NCBI GenBank assembly: GCA_964057225.1
Contig: OZ059899.1
Coordinates: 9,114,001-9,178,000 of the forward strand
Length of the DNA stretch: 64,000 nucleotides
Direction: 5' to 3'
Source: Auanema rhodensis
Lineage: Eukaryota > Animalia > Nematoda
A program made the translations under genes and the position numbers. Shown piece by piece: positions 35,215 through 50,088 of this stretch. Numbering within the stretch: position 1 is the first letter of the stretch; each line of letters begins with the position of its first letter. The notes under the pieces are model-generated. The model worked only from the letters and a program-made list of their open reading frames with translations. It made no database searches and was not told the DNA's origin.

Positions 35215-36571
35215 TAAATTTTTTTCATTTCACTTGTCATTCATAAAAATCGAATTTAACTTTTTTAATGAATATTTTCGCAATGTGTCATAAGAATTAC
35301 ACAGTTGAACAAAACGTTTTTTAAGAATTTTCTTTGTTGTCAACATATATATTTTCCTGGAATTCGAAAGCATTTGGGATGGAATTTAGAAAGAAAAGAA
35401 CTAGTTTTTCCTACTTTAAAACAAACAATAAGAAATAAAATGAAAAAGATTGTTAGATATCCAATTTAAACATATACATTAACTTCGGTAAAGAGCGTAT
35501 TAGATTGAAATTTTATGTCTTACAGTACTCCAACAGAACAGACTGATCTTGATTTCTCTACAATTACATAAAACTCCCGTTTGATATAAAAAAAGGAGAG
35601 GAATAACGTTTCCAGGATGTCAAGGATATCGAATCTAGTGATATTGTAGAGAAATGTAATGTCAGCTCCATAGGTTTTCTCCTAATTTCTCTCATCACAA
35701 TTGTCTTAGTTTTTTTTCTCATAAGAGTTTCTGAAATCTTAGGTGAACAAGGCCGTATATAATTTCCTGGAATTCGAAAGCATTTGGGATGGAATTTAGA
35801 AAGAAAAGAACTAGTTTTTCCTACTTTAAAACAAACAATAAGAAATAAAATGAAAAAGATTGCTAGATATCCAATTTAAACTTATACATTTACTTCGATA
35901 AAGAGCCTATTAGTTTGAAATTTTATGTCTTACAGTTCTCCAACAGAACAGACTGATCCTGAATTCTCTATGATTATATAAAACTCTCGTTTGATATAAA
36001 AAAAGAAGAGGAATAACGTTTCCAAGATGTCGAGGATATCGAATCTAGTGATATTGTAGAGAAATGTAATGTCAGCTCCATAGGTTTTCTCCTAATTTCT
36101 CTCATCACAATTGTCTTAGTTTTTTTTCTCATAAGAGTTTCTGAAATCTTAGGTGAACAAGGCCGTATATAATTTCCTGGAATTCGAAAGCATTTGGGAT
36201 GGAATTTAGAAAGAAAAGAACTAGTTTTTCCTACTTTAAAACAAACAATAAGAAATAAAATGAAAAAGATTGCTAGATATCCAATTTAAACTTATACATT
36301 TACTTCGATAAAGAGCCTATTAGTTTGAAATTTTATGTCTTACAGTTCTCCAACAGAACAGACTGATCCTGATTTTTCTACGATTACATAAAATTCTCGT
36401 TTGATATAAAAAAAGGAGAGGAATAACGTTTCCAAGATGTCGAGGATATCGAATCTAGTGATATTGTAAAAAAATGTAATGTCAGCTCCATAGGTTTTCT
36501 CCTAATTTCTCTCATCACAATTGTCTTAGTTTTTTTTTCTCATAAGAGTTTCTGAAATCTTAGTTGAACAA

Positions 36572-36644
36572 GGCCGCGTGGCGCAATGGATAACGCGTCT
36601 GCCTACGGAGCAGAAGATTGTAGGTTCGAATCCTGCCGTGGTCG
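36572..36644 (+). tRNA. tRNA-Arg(ACG), T63
   Basis: Array copy. Confidence 0.96.
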
Positions 36645-37591
36645 TAAATTTTTTTCATTTCACTTGTCATTCATAAAAATCGAATTTAACTTTTTTAATG
36701 AATATTTTCGCAATGTGTCATAAGAATTACACAGTTGAACAAAACGTTTTTTAAGAATTTTCTTTGTTGTCAACATATATATTTTCCTGGAATTCGAAAG
36801 CATTTGGGATGGAATTTAGAAAGAAAAGAACTAGTTTTTCCTACTTTAAAACAAACAATAAGAAATAAAATGAAAAAGATTGTTAGATATCCAATTTAAA
36901 CATATACATTAACTTCGGTAAAGAGCGTATTAGATTGAAATTTTATGTCTTACAGTACTCCAACAGAACAGACTGATCTTGATTTCTCTACAATTACATA
37001 AAACTCCCGTTTGATATAAAAAAAGGAGAGGAATAACGTTTCCAGGATGTCAAGGATATCGAATCTAGTGATATTGTAGAGAAATGTAATGTCAGCTCCA
37101 TAGGTTTTCTCCTAATTTCTCTCATCACAATTGTCTTAGTTTTTTTTCTCATAAGAGTTTCTGAAATCTTAGGTGAACAAGGCCGTATATAATTTCCTGG
37201 AATTCGAAAGCATTTGGGATGGAATTTAGAAAGAAAAGAACTAGTTTTTCCTACTTTAAAACAAACAATAAGAAATAAAATGAAAAAGATTGCTAGATAT
37301 CCAATTTAAACTTATACATTTACTTCGATAAAGAGCCTATTAGTTTGAAATTTTATGTCTTACAGTTCTCCAACAGAACAGACTGATCCTGATTTTTCTA
37401 CGATTACATAAAATTCTCGTTTGATATAAAAAAAGGAGAGGAATAACGTTTCCAAGATGTCGAGGATATCGAATCTAGTGATATTGTAAAAAAATGTAAT
37501 GTCAGCTCCATAGGTTTTCTCCTAATTTCTCTCATCACAGTTGTCTTAGTTTTTTTTTCTCATAAGAGTTTCTGAAATCTTAGTTGAACAA

Positions 37592-37664
37592 GGCCGCGTG
37601 GCGCAATGGATAACGCGTCTGCCTACGGAGCAGAAGATTGTAGGTTCGAATCCTGCCGTGGTCG
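37592..37664 (+). tRNA. tRNA-Arg(ACG), T63
   Basis: Array copy. Confidence 0.96.
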
Positions 37665-38200
37665 TAAATTTTTTTCATTTCACTTGTCATTCATAAAAAT
37701 CGAATTTAACTTTTTTAATGAATATTTTCGCAATGTGTCATAAGAATTACACAGTTGAACAAAACGTTTTTTAAGAATTTTCTTTGTTGTCAACATATAT
37801 ATTTTCCTGGAATTCGAAAGCATTTGGGATGGAATTTAGAAAGAAAAGAACTAGTTTTTCCTACTTTAAAACAAACAATAAGGAATAAAATGAAAAAGAT
37901 TGTTAGATATCCAATTTAAACATATACATTAACTTCGATAAAGAGCGTATTAGATTGAAATTTTATGTCTTACAGTACTCCAACAGAACAGACTGATCTT
38001 GATTTCTCTATGATTACATAAAATTCTCGTTTGATATAAAAAAAGAAGAGGAATAACGTTTCCAGGATGTCAAGGATATCGAATCTAGTGATATTGTAGA
38101 AAAATGTAATGTCAGCTCCATAGGTTTTCTCCTAATTTCTCTCATCACAATTGTCTTAGTTTTTTTTCTCATAAGAGTTTCTGAAATCTTAGGTGAACAA

Positions 38201-38273
38201 GGCCGCGTGGCGCAATGGATAACGCGTCTGCCTACGGAGCAGAAGATTGTAGGTTCGAATCCAGCCGTGGTCG
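38201..38273 (+). tRNA. tRNA-Arg(ACG), A63 variant
   Basis: Array copy. Confidence 0.92.
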
Positions 38274-39220
38274 TAAATTTTTTTCATTTCACTTGTCATT
38301 TACAAAAATCGAATTTATCTTCTTCAACGATTATTTTTGCAATGTGTCATAAGAATTTCACAGTTGAACAAAACGTTTTTTAAGAAGTTTTTTTGTTGTC
38401 AACATATATATTTTGCTGGAATTCGAAAGCATTTGGGATGGAAATTAGAAAGAAAAGAACTAGTTTTTCCTACTTTAAAACAAACAATACGAAATAAAAT
38501 GAAAAAGATTGTTAGATATCCAATTTAAACATATACATTAACTTCGATAAAGAGCGTATTAGATTGAAATTTTATGTCTTACAGTACTCCAACAGAACAG
38601 ACTGATCTTGATTTCTCTACAATTACATAAAACTCCCGTTTGATATAAAAAAAGGAGAGGAATAACGTTTCCAGGATGTCAAGGATATCGAATCTAGTGA
38701 TATTGTAGAGAAATGTAATGTCAGCTCCATAGGTTTTCTCCTAATTTCTCTCATCACAATTGTCTTAGTTTTTTTTCTCATAAGAGTTTCTGAAATCTTA
38801 GGTGAACAAGGCCGTATATAATTTCCTGGAATTCGAAAGCATTTGGGATGGAATTTAGAAAGAAAAGAACTAGTTTTTCCTACTTTAAAACAAACAATAA
38901 GAAATAAAATGAAAAAGATTGCTAGATATCCAATTTAAACTTATACATTTACTTCGATAAAGAGCCTATTAGTTTGAAATTTTATGTCTTACAGTTCTCC
39001 AACAGAACAGACTGATCCTGATTTTTCTACGATTACATAAAATTCTCGTTTGATATAAAAAAAGGAGAGGAATAACGTTTCCAAGATGTCGAGGATATCG
39101 AATCTAGTGATATTGTAAAAAAATGTAATGTCAGCTCCATAGGTTTTCTCCTAATTTCTCTCATCACAGTTGTCTTAGTTTTTTTTTCTCATAAGAGTTT
39201 CTGAAATCTTAGTTGAACAA

Positions 39221-39293
39221 GGCCGCGTGGCGCAATGGATAACGCGTCTGCCTACGGAGCAGAAGATTGTAGGTTCGAATCCTGCCGTGGTCG
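39221..39293 (+). tRNA. tRNA-Arg(ACG), T63
   Basis: Array copy. Confidence 0.96.
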
Positions 39294-39829
39294 TAAATTT
39301 TTTTCATTTCACTTGTCATTCATAAAAATCGAATTTAACTTTTTTAATGAATATTTTCGCAATGTGTCATGAGAATTACACAGTTGAACAAAACGTTTTT
39401 TAAGAATTTTCTTTGTTGTCAACATATATATTTTCCTGGAATTCGAAAGCATTTGGGATGGAATTTAGAAAGAAAAGAACTAGTTTTTCCTACTTTAAAA
39501 CAAACAATAAGGAATAAAATGAAAAAGATTGTTAGATATCCAATTTAAACATATACATTAACTTCGATAAAGAGCGTATTAGATTGAAATTTTATGTCTT
39601 ACAGTACTCCAACAGAACAGACTGATCTTGATTTCTCTATGATTACATAAAATTCTCGTTTGATATAAAAAAAGAAGAGGAATAACGTTTCCAGGATGTC
39701 AAGGATATCGAATCTAGTGATATTGTAGAAAAATGTAATGTCAGCTCCATAGGTTTTCTCCTAATTTCTCTCATCACAATTGTCTTAGTTTTTTTTCTCA
39801 TAAGAGTTTCTGAAATCTTAGGTGAACAA

Positions 39830-39902
39830 GGCCGCGTGGCGCAATGGATAACGCGTCTGCCTACGGAGCAGAAGATTGTAGGTTCGAATCCAGCCGTGGT
39901 CG
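39830..39902 (+). tRNA. tRNA-Arg(ACG), A63 variant
   Basis: Array copy. Confidence 0.92.
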
Positions 39903-40849
39903 TAAATTTTTTTCATTTCACTTGTCATTTACAAAAATCGAATTTATCTTCTTCAACGATTATTTTTGCAATGTGTCATAAGAATTTCACAGTTGAACAA
40001 AACGTTTTTTAAGAAGTTTTTTTGTTGTCAACATATATATTTTGCTGGAATTCGAAAGCATTTGGGATGGAAATTAGAAAGAAAAGAACTAGTTTTTCCT
40101 ACTTTAAAACAAACAATACGAAATAAAATGAAAAAGATTGTTAGATATCCAATTTAAACATATACATTAACTTCGATAAAGAGCGTATTAGATTGAAATT
40201 TTATGTCTTACAGTACTCCAACAGAACAGACTGATCTTGATTTCTCTACAATTACATAAAACTCCCGTTTGATATAAAAAAAGGAGAGGAATAACGTTTC
40301 CAGGATGTCAAGGATATCGAATCTAGTGATATTGTAGAGAAATGTAATGTCAGCTCCATAGGTTTTCTCCTAATTTCTCTCATCACAATTGTCTTAGTTT
40401 TTTTTCTCATAAGAGTTTCTGAAATCTTAGGTGAACAAGGCCGTATATAATTTCCTGGAATTCGAAAGCATTTGGGATGGAATTTAGAAAGAAAAGAACT
40501 AGTTTTTCCTACTTTAAAACAAACAATAAGAAATAAAATGAAAAAGATTGCTAGATATCCAATTTAAACTTATACATTTACTTCGATAAAGAGCCTATTA
40601 GTTTGAAATTTTATGTCTTACAGTTCTCCAACAGAACAGACTGATCCTGATTTTTCTACGATTACATAAAATTCTCGTTTGATATAAAAAAAGGAGAGGA
40701 ATAACGTTTCCAAGATGTCGAGGATATCGAATCTAGTGATATTGTAAAAAAATGTAATGTCAGCTCCATAGGTTTTCTCCTAATTTCTCTCATCACAGTT
40801 GTCTTAGTTTTTTTTTCTCATAAGAGTTTCTGAAATCTTAGTTGAACAA

Positions 40850-40922
40850 GGCCGCGTGGCGCAATGGATAACGCGTCTGCCTACGGAGCAGAAGATTGTA
40901 GGTTCGAATCCTGCCGTGGTCG
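40850..40922 (+). tRNA. tRNA-Arg(ACG), T63
   Basis: Array copy. Confidence 0.96.
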
Positions 40923-41459
40923 TAAATTTTTTTCATTTCACTTGTCATTCATAAAAATCGAATTTAACTTTTTTAATGAATATTTTCGCAATGTGTCATA
41001 AGAATTACACAGTTGAACAAAACGTTTTTTAAGAATTTTCTTTGTTGTCAACATATATATTTTCCTGGAATTCGAAAGCATTTGGGATGGAATTTAGAAA
41101 GAAAAGAACTAGTTTTTCCTACTTTAAAACAAACAATAAGAAATAAAATGAAAAAGATTGTTAGATATCCAATTTAAACTTATACATTTACTTCGATAAA
41201 GAGCCTATTAGTTTGAAATTTTATGTCTTACAGTTCTCCAACAGAACAGACTGATCCTGATTTTTCTACGATTACATAAAATTCTCGTTTGATATAAAAA
41301 AAGGAGAGGAATAACGTTTCCAAGATGTCGAGGATATCGAATCTAGTGATATTGTAAAAAAATGTAATGTCAGCTCCATAGGTTTTCTCCTAATTTCTCT
41401 CATCACAGTTGTCTTAGTTTTTTTTTCTCATAAGAGTTTCTGAAATCTTAGTTGAACAA

Positions 41460-41532
41460 GGCCGCGTGGCGCAATGGATAACGCGTCTGCCTACGGAGCA
41501 GAAGATTGTAGGTTCGAATCCTGCCGTGGTCG
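41460..41532 (+). tRNA. tRNA-Arg(ACG), T63
   Basis: Array copy. Confidence 0.96.
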
Positions 41533-42479
41533 TAAATTTTTTTCATTTCACTTGTCATTCATAAAAATCGAATTTAACTTTTTTAATGAATATTTTCGCA
41601 ATGTGTCATAAGAATTACACAGTTGAACAAAACGTTTTTTAAGAATTTTCTTTGTTGTCAACATATATATTTTCCTGGAATTCGAAAGCATTTGGGATGG
41701 AATTTAGAAAGAAAAGAACTAGTTTTTCCTACTTTAAAACAAACAATAAGGAATAAAATGAAAAAGATTGTTAGATATCCAATTTAAACATATACATTAA
41801 CTTCGATAAAGAGCGTATTAGATTGAAATTTTATGTCTTACAGTACTCCAACAGAACAGACTGATCTTGATTTCTCTATGATTACATAAAATTCTCGTTT
41901 GATATAAAAAAAGAAGAGGAATAACGTTTCCAGGATGTCAAGGATATCGAATCTAGTGATATTGTAGAAAAATGTAATGTCAGCTCCATAGGTTTTCTCC
42001 TAATTTCTCTCATCACAATTGTCTTAGTTTTTTTTCTCATAAGAGTTTCTGAAATCTTAGGTGAACAAGGCCGTATATAATTTCCTGGAATTCGAAAGCA
42101 TTTGGGATGGAATTTAGAAAGAAAAGAACTAGTTTTTCCTACTTTAAAACAAACAATAAGAAATAAAATGAAAAAGATTGCTAGATATCCAATTTAAACT
42201 TATACATTTACTTCGATAAAGAGCCTATTAGTTTGAAATTTTATGTCTTACAGTTCTCCAACAGAACAGACTGATCCTGATTTTTCTACGATTACATAAA
42301 ATTCTCGTTTGATATAAAAAAAGGAGAGGAATAACGTTTCCAAGATGTCGAGGATATCGAATCTAGTGATATTGTAAAAAAATGTAATGTCAGCTCCATA
42401 GGTTTTCTCCTAATTTCTCTCATCACAGTTGTCTTAGTTTTTTTTTCTCATAAGAGTTTCTGAAATCTTAGTTGAACAA

Positions 42480-42552
42480 GGCCGCGTGGCGCAATGGATA
42501 ACGCGTCTGCCTACGGAGCAGAAGATTGTAGGTTCGAATCCTGCCGTGGTCG
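42480..42552 (+). tRNA. tRNA-Arg(ACG), T63
   Basis: Array copy. Confidence 0.96.
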
Positions 42553-43088
42553 TAAATTTTTTTCATTTCACTTGTCATTCATAAAAATCGAATTTAACTT
42601 TTTTAATGAATATTTTCGCAATGTGTCATAAGAATTACACAGTTGAACAAAACGTTTTTTAAGAATTTTCTTTGTTGTCAACATATATATTTTCCTGGAA
42701 TTCGAAAGCATTTGGGATGGAATTTAGAAAGAAAAGAACTAGTTTTTCCTACTTTAAAACAAACAATAAGGAATAAAATGAAAAAGATTGTTAGATATCC
42801 AATTTAAACATATACATTAACTTCGATAAAGAGCGTATTAGATTGAAATTTTATGTCTTACAGTACTCCAACAGAACAGACTGATCTTGATTTCTCTATG
42901 ATTACATAAAATTCTCGTTTGATATAAAAAAAGAAGAGGAATAACGTTTCCAGGATGTCAAGGATATCGAATCTAGTGATATTGTAGAAAAATGTAATGT
43001 CAGCTCCATAGGTTTTCTCCTAATTTCTCTCATCACAATTGTCTTAGTTTTTTTTCTCATAAGAGTTTCTGAAATCTTAGGTGAACAA

Positions 43089-43161
43089 GGCCGCGTGGCG
43101 CAATGGATAACGCGTCTGCCTACGGAGCAGAAGATTGTAGGTTCGAATCCAGCCGTGGTCG
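43089..43161 (+). tRNA. tRNA-Arg(ACG), A63 variant
   Basis: Array copy. Confidence 0.92.
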
Positions 43162-44108
43162 TAAATTTTTTTCATTTCACTTGTCATTTACAAAAATCGA
43201 ATTTATCTTCTTCAACGATTATTTTTGCAATGTGTCATAAGAATTTCACAGTTGAACAAAACGTTTTTTAAGAAGTTTTTTTGTTGTCAACATATATATT
43301 TTGCTGGAATTCGAAAGCATTTGGGATGGAAATTAGAAAGAAAAGAACTAGTTTTTCCTACTTTAAAACAAACAATACGAAATAAAATGAAAAAGATTGT
43401 TAGATATCCAATTTAAACATATACATTAACTTCGATAAAGAGCGTATTAGATTGAAATTTTATGTCTTACAGTACTCCAACAGAACAGACTGATCTTGAT
43501 TTCTCTACAATTACATAAAACTCCCGTTTGATATAAAAAAAGGAGAGGAATAACGTTTCCAGGATGTCAAGGATATCGAATCTAGTGATATTGTAGAGAA
43601 ATGTAATGTCAGCTCCATAGGTTTTCTCCTAATTTCTCTCATCACAATTGTCTTAGTTTTTTTTCTCATAAGAGTTTCTGAAATCTTAGGTGAACAAGGC
43701 CGTATATAATTTCCTGGAATTCGAAAGCATTTGGGATGGAATTTAGAAAGAAAAGAACTAGTTTTTCCTACTTTAAAACAAACAATAAGAAATAAAATGA
43801 AAAAGATTGCTAGATATCCAATTTAAACTTATACATTTACTTCGATAAAGAGCCTATTAGTTTGAAATTTTATGTCTTACAGTTCTCCAACAGAACAGAC
43901 TGATCCTGATTTTTCTACGATTACATAAAATTCTCGTTTGATATAAAAAAAGGAGAGGAATAACGTTTCCAAGATGTCGAGGATATCGAATCTAGTGATA
44001 TTGTAAAAAAATGTAATGTCAGCTCCATAGGTTTTCTCCTAATTTCTCTCATCACAGTTGTCTTAGTTTTTTTTTCTCATAAGAGTTTCTGAAATCTTAG
44101 TTGAACAA

Positions 44109-44181
44109 GGCCGCGTGGCGCAATGGATAACGCGTCTGCCTACGGAGCAGAAGATTGTAGGTTCGAATCCTGCCGTGGTCG
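44109..44181 (+). tRNA. tRNA-Arg(ACG), T63
   Basis: Array copy. Confidence 0.96.
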
Positions 44182-44717
44182 TAAATTTTTTTCATTTCAC
44201 TTGTCATTCATAAAAATCGAATTTAACTTTTTTAATGAATATTTTCGCAATGTGTCATAAGAATTACACAGTTGAACAAAACGTTTTTTAAGAATTTTCT
44301 TTGTTGTCAACATATATATTTTCCTGGAATTCGAAAGCATTTGGGATGGAATTTAGAAAGAAAAGAACTAGTTTTTCCTACTTTAAAACAAACAATAAGG
44401 AATAAAATGAAAAAGATTGTTAGATATCCAATTTAAACATATACATTAACTTCGATAAAGAGCGTATTAGATTGAAATTTTATGTCTTACAGTACTCCAA
44501 CAGAACAGACTGATCTTGATTTCTCTATGATTACATAAAATTCTCGTTTGATATAAAAAAAGAAGAGGAATAACGTTTCCAGGATGTCAAGGATATCGAA
44601 TCTAGTGATATTGTAGAAAAATGTAATGTCAGCTCCATAGGTTTTCTCCTAATTTCTCTCATCACAATTGTCTTAGTTTTTTTTCTCATAAGAGTTTCTG
44701 AAATCTTAGGTGAACAA

Positions 44718-44790
44718 GGCCGCGTGGCGCAATGGATAACGCGTCTGCCTACGGAGCAGAAGATTGTAGGTTCGAATCCAGCCGTGGTCG
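44718..44790 (+). tRNA. tRNA-Arg(ACG), A63 variant
   Basis: Array copy. Confidence 0.92.
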
Positions 44791-45737
44791 TAAATTTTTT
44801 TCATTTCACTTGTCATTTACAAAAATCGAATTTATCTTCTTCAACGATTATTTTTGCAATGTGTCATAAGAATTTCACAGTTGAACAAAACGTTTTTTAA
44901 GAAGTTTTTTTGTTGTCAACATATATATTTTGCTGGAATTCGAAAGCATTTGGGATGGAAATTAGAAAGAAAAGAACTAGTTTTTCCTACTTTAAAACAA
45001 ACAATACGAAATAAAATGAAAAAGATTGTTAGATATCCAATTTAAACATATACATTAACTTCGATAAAGAGCGTATTAGATTGAAATTTTATGTCTTACA
45101 GTACTCCAACAGAACAGACTGATCTTGATTTCTCTACAATTACATAAAACTCCCGTTTGATATAAAAAAAGGAGAGGAATAACGTTTCCAGGATGTCAAG
45201 GATATCGAATCTAGTGATATTGTAGAGAAATGTAATGTCAGCTCCATAGGTTTTCTCCTAATTTCTCTCATCACAATTGTCTTAGTTTTTTTTCTCATAA
45301 GAGTTTCTGAAATCTTAGGTGAACAAGGCCGTATATAATTTCCTGGAATTCGAAAGCATTTGGGATGGAATTTAGAAAGAAAAGAACTAGTTTTTCCTAC
45401 TTTAAAACAAACAATAAGAAATAAAATGAAAAAGATTGCTAGATATCCAATTTAAACTTATACATTTACTTCGATAAAGAGCCTATTAGTTTGAAATTTT
45501 ATGTCTTACAGTTCTCCAACAGAACAGACTGATCCTGATTTTTCTACGATTACATAAAATTCTCGTTTGATATAAAAAAAGGAGAGGAATAACGTTTCCA
45601 AGATGTCGAGGATATCGAATCTAGTGATATTGTAAAAAAATGTAATGTCAGCTCCATAGGTTTTCTCCTAATTTCTCTCATCACAGTTGTCTTAGTTTTT
45701 TTTTCTCATAAGAGTTTCTGAAATCTTAGTTGAACAA

Positions 45738-45810
45738 GGCCGCGTGGCGCAATGGATAACGCGTCTGCCTACGGAGCAGAAGATTGTAGGTTCGAATCCT
45801 GCCGTGGTCG
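45738..45810 (+). tRNA. tRNA-Arg(ACG), T63
   Basis: Array copy. Confidence 0.96.
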
Positions 45811-46346
45811 TAAATTTTTTTCATTTCACTTGTCATTCATAAAAATCGAATTTAACTTTTTTAATGAATATTTTCGCAATGTGTCATAAGAATTACACAG
45901 TTGAACAAAACGTTTTTTAAGAATTTTCTTTGTTGTCAACATATATATTTTCCTGGAATTCGAAAGCATTTGGGATGGAATTTAGAAAGAAAAGAACTAG
46001 TTTTTCCTACTTTAAAACAAACAATAAGGAATAAAATGAAAAAGATTGTTAGATATCCAATTTAAACATATACATTAACTTCGATAAAGAGCGTATTAGA
46101 TTGAAATTTTATGTCTTACAGTACTCCAACAGAACAGACTGATCTTGATTTCTCTATGATTACATAAAATTCTCGTTTGATATAAAAAAAGAAGAGGAAT
46201 AACGTTTCCAGGATGTCAAGGATATCGAATCTAGTGATATTGTAGAAAAATGTAATGTCAGCTCCATAGGTTTTCTCCTAATTTCTCTCATCACAATTGT
46301 CTTAGTTTTTTTTCTCATAAGAGTTTCTGAAATCTTAGGTGAACAA

Positions 46347-46419
46347 GGCCGCGTGGCGCAATGGATAACGCGTCTGCCTACGGAGCAGAAGATTGTAGGT
46401 TCGAATCCAGCCGTGGTCG
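46347..46419 (+). tRNA. tRNA-Arg(ACG), A63 variant
   Basis: Array copy. Confidence 0.92.
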
Positions 46420-47366
46420 TAAATTTTTTTCATTTCACTTGTCATTTACAAAAATCGAATTTATCTTCTTCAACGATTATTTTTGCAATGTGTCATAAGA
46501 ATTTCACAGTTGAACAAAACGTTTTTTAAGAAGTTTTTTTGTTGTCAACATATATATTTTGCTGGAATTCGAAAGCATTTGGGATGGAAATTAGAAAGAA
46601 AAGAACTAGTTTTTCCTACTTTAAAACAAACAATACGAAATAAAATGAAAAAGATTGTTAGATATCCAATTTAAACATATACATTAACTTCGATAAAGAG
46701 CGTATTAGATTGAAATTTTATGTCTTACAGTACTCCAACAGAACAGACTGATCTTGATTTCTCTACAATTACATAAAACTCCCGTTTGATATAAAAAAAG
46801 GAGAGGAATAACGTTTCCAGGATGTCAAGGATATCGAATCTAGTGATATTGTAGAGAAATGTAATGTCAGCTCCATAGGTTTTCTCCTAATTTCTCTCAT
46901 CACAATTGTCTTAGTTTTTTTTCTCATAAGAGTTTCTGAAATCTTAGGTGAACAAGGCCGTATATAATTTCCTGGAATTCGAAAGCATTTGGGATGGAAT
47001 TTAGAAAGAAAAGAACTAGTTTTTCCTACTTTAAAACAAACAATAAGAAATAAAATGAAAAAGATTGCTAGATATCCAATTTAAACTTATACATTTACTT
47101 CGATAAAGAGCCTATTAGTTTGAAATTTTATGTCTTACAGTTCTCCAACAGAACAGACTGATCCTGATTTTTCTACGATTACATAAAATTCTCGTTTGAT
47201 ATAAAAAAAGGAGAGGAATAACGTTTCCAAGATGTCGAGGATATCGAATCTAGTGATATTGTAAAAAAATGTAATGTCAGCTCCATAGGTTTTCTCCTAA
47301 TTTCTCTCATCACAGTTGTCTTAGTTTTTTTTTCTCATAAGAGTTTCTGAAATCTTAGTTGAACAA

Positions 47367-47439
47367 GGCCGCGTGGCGCAATGGATAACGCGTCTGCCTA
47401 CGGAGCAGAAGATTGTAGGTTCGAATCCTGCCGTGGTCG
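47367..47439 (+). tRNA. tRNA-Arg(ACG), T63
   Basis: Array copy. Confidence 0.96.
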
Positions 47440-47976
47440 TAAATTTTTTTCATTTCACTTGTCATTCATAAAAATCGAATTTAACTTTTTTAATGAATAT
47501 TTTCGCAATGTGTCATAAGAATTACACAGTTGAACAAAACGTTTTTTAAGAATTTTCTTTGTTGTCAACATATATATTTTCCTGGAATTCGAAAGCATTT
47601 GGGATGGAATTTAGAAAGAAAAGAACTAGTTTTTCCTACTTTAAAACAAACAATAAGAAATAAAATGAAAAAGATTGTTAGATATCCAATTTAAACTTAT
47701 ACATTTACTTCGATAAAGAGCCTATTAGTTTGAAATTTTATGTCTTACAGTTCTCCAACAGAACAGACTGATCCTGATTTTTCTACGATTACATAAAATT
47801 CTCGTTTGATATAAAAAAAGGAGAGGAATAACGTTTCCAAGATGTCGAGGATATCGAATCTAGTGATATTGTAAAAAAATGTAATGTCAGCTCCATAGGT
47901 TTTCTCCTAATTTCTCTCATCACAGTTGTCTTAGTTTTTTTTTCTCATAAGAGTTTCTGAAATCTTAGTTGAACAA

Positions 47977-48049
47977 GGCCGCGTGGCGCAATGGATAACG
48001 CGTCTGCCTACGGAGCAGAAGATTGTAGGTTCGAATCCTGCCGTGGTCG
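47977..48049 (+). tRNA. tRNA-Arg(ACG), T63
   Basis: Array copy. Confidence 0.96.
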
Positions 48050-48585
48050 TAAATTTTTTTCATTTCACTTGTCATTCATAAAAATCGAATTTAACTTTTT
48101 TAATGAATATTTTCGCAATGTGTCATAAGAATTACACAGTTGAACAAAACGTTTTTTAAGAATTTTCTTTGTTGTCAACATATATATTTTCCTGGAATTC
48201 GAAAGCATTTGGGATGGAATTTAGAAAGAAAAGAACTAGTTTTTCCTACTTTAAAACAAACAATAAGGAATAAAATGAAAAAGATTGTTAGATATCCAAT
48301 TTAAACATATACATTAACTTCGATAAAGAGCGTATTAGATTGAAATTTTATGTCTTACAGTACTCCAACAGAACAGACTGATCTTGATTTCTCTATGATT
48401 ACATAAAATTCTCGTTTGATATAAAAAAAGAAGAGGAATAACGTTTCCAGGATGTCAAGGATATCGAATCTAGTGATATTGTAGAAAAATGTAATGTCAG
48501 CTCCATAGGTTTTCTCCTAATTTCTCTCATCACAATTGTCTTAGTTTTTTTTCTCATAAGAGTTTCTGAAATCTTAGGTGAACAA

Positions 48586-48658
48586 GGCCGCGTGGCGCAA
48601 TGGATAACGCGTCTGCCTACGGAGCAGAAGATTGTAGATTCGAATCCAGCCGTGGTCG
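48586..48658 (+). pseudogene. tRNA-Arg(ACG), A63 plus G53A (B-box/T-stem mutation), likely non-functional
   Basis: TGTAGATTCGAATCC instead of TGTAGGTTCGAATCC. Confidence 0.7.
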
Positions 48659-50015
48659 TAAATTTTTTTCATTTCACTTGTCATTTACAAAAATCGAATT
48701 TATCTTCTTCAACGATTATTTTTGCAATGTGTCATAAGAATTTCACAGTTGAACAAAACGTTTTTTAAGAAGTTTTTTTGTTGTCAACATATATATTTTG
48801 CTGGAATTCGAAAGCATTTGGGATGGAAATTAGAAAGAAAAGAACTAGTTTTTCCTACTTTAAAACAAACAATACGAAATAAAATGAAAAAGATTGTTAG
48901 ATATCCAATTTAAACATATACATTAACTTCGATAAAGAGCGTATTAGATTGAAATTTTATGTCTTACAGTACTCCAACAGAACAGACTGATCTTGATTTC
49001 TCTACAATTACATAAAACTCCCGTTTGATATAAAAAAAGGAGAGGAATAACGTTTCCAGGATGTCAAGGATATCGAATCTAGTGATATTGTAGAGAAATG
49101 TAATGTCAGCTCCATAGGTTTTCTCCTAATTTCTCTCATCACAATTGTCTTAGTTTTTTTTCTCATAAGAGTTTCTGAAATCTTAGGTGAACAAGGCCGT
49201 ATATAATTTCCTGGAATTCGAAAGCATTTGGGATGGAATTTAGAAAGAAAAGAACTAGTTTTTCCTACTTTAAAACAAACAATAAGAAATAAAATGAAAA
49301 AGATTGCTAGATATCCAATTTAAACTTATACATTTACTTCGATAAAGAGCCTATTAGTTTGAAATTTTATGTCTTACAGTTCTCCAACAGAACAGACTGA
49401 TCCTGATTTTTCTACGATTACATAAAATTCTCGTTTGATATAAAAAAAGGAGAGGAATAACGTTTCCAGGATGTCAAGGATATCGAATCTAGTGATATTG
49501 TAGAGAAATGTAATGTCAGCTCCATAGGTTTTCTCCTAATTTCTCTCATCACAATTGTCTTAGTTTTTTTTCTCATAAGAGTTTCTGAAATCTTAGGTGA
49601 ACAAGGCCGTATATAATTTCCTGGAATTCGAAAGCATTTGGGATGGAATTTAGAAAGAAAAGAACTAGTTTTTCCTACTTTAAAACAAACAATAAGAAAT
49701 AAAATGAAAAAGATTGCTAGATATCCAATTTAAACTTATACATTTACTTCGATAAAGAGCCTATTAGTTTGAAATTTTTTGTCTTACAGTTCTCCAACAG
49801 AACAGACTGATCCTGATTTTTCTACGATTACATAAAATTCTCGTTTGATATAAAAAAAGGAGAGGAATAACGTTTCCAAGATGTCGAGGATATCGAATCT
49901 AGTGATATTGTAAAAAAATGTAATGTCAGCTCCATAGGTTTTCTCCTAATTTCTCTCATCACAGTTGTCTTAGTTTTTTTTTCTCATAAGAGTTTCTGAA
50001 ATCTTAGTTGAACAA

Positions 50016-50088
50016 GGCCGCGTGGCGCAATGGATAACGCGTCTGCCTACGGAGCAGAAGATTGTAGGTTCGAATCCTGCCGTGGTCG
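50016..50088 (+). tRNA. tRNA-Arg(ACG), T63
   Basis: Array copy. Confidence 0.96.
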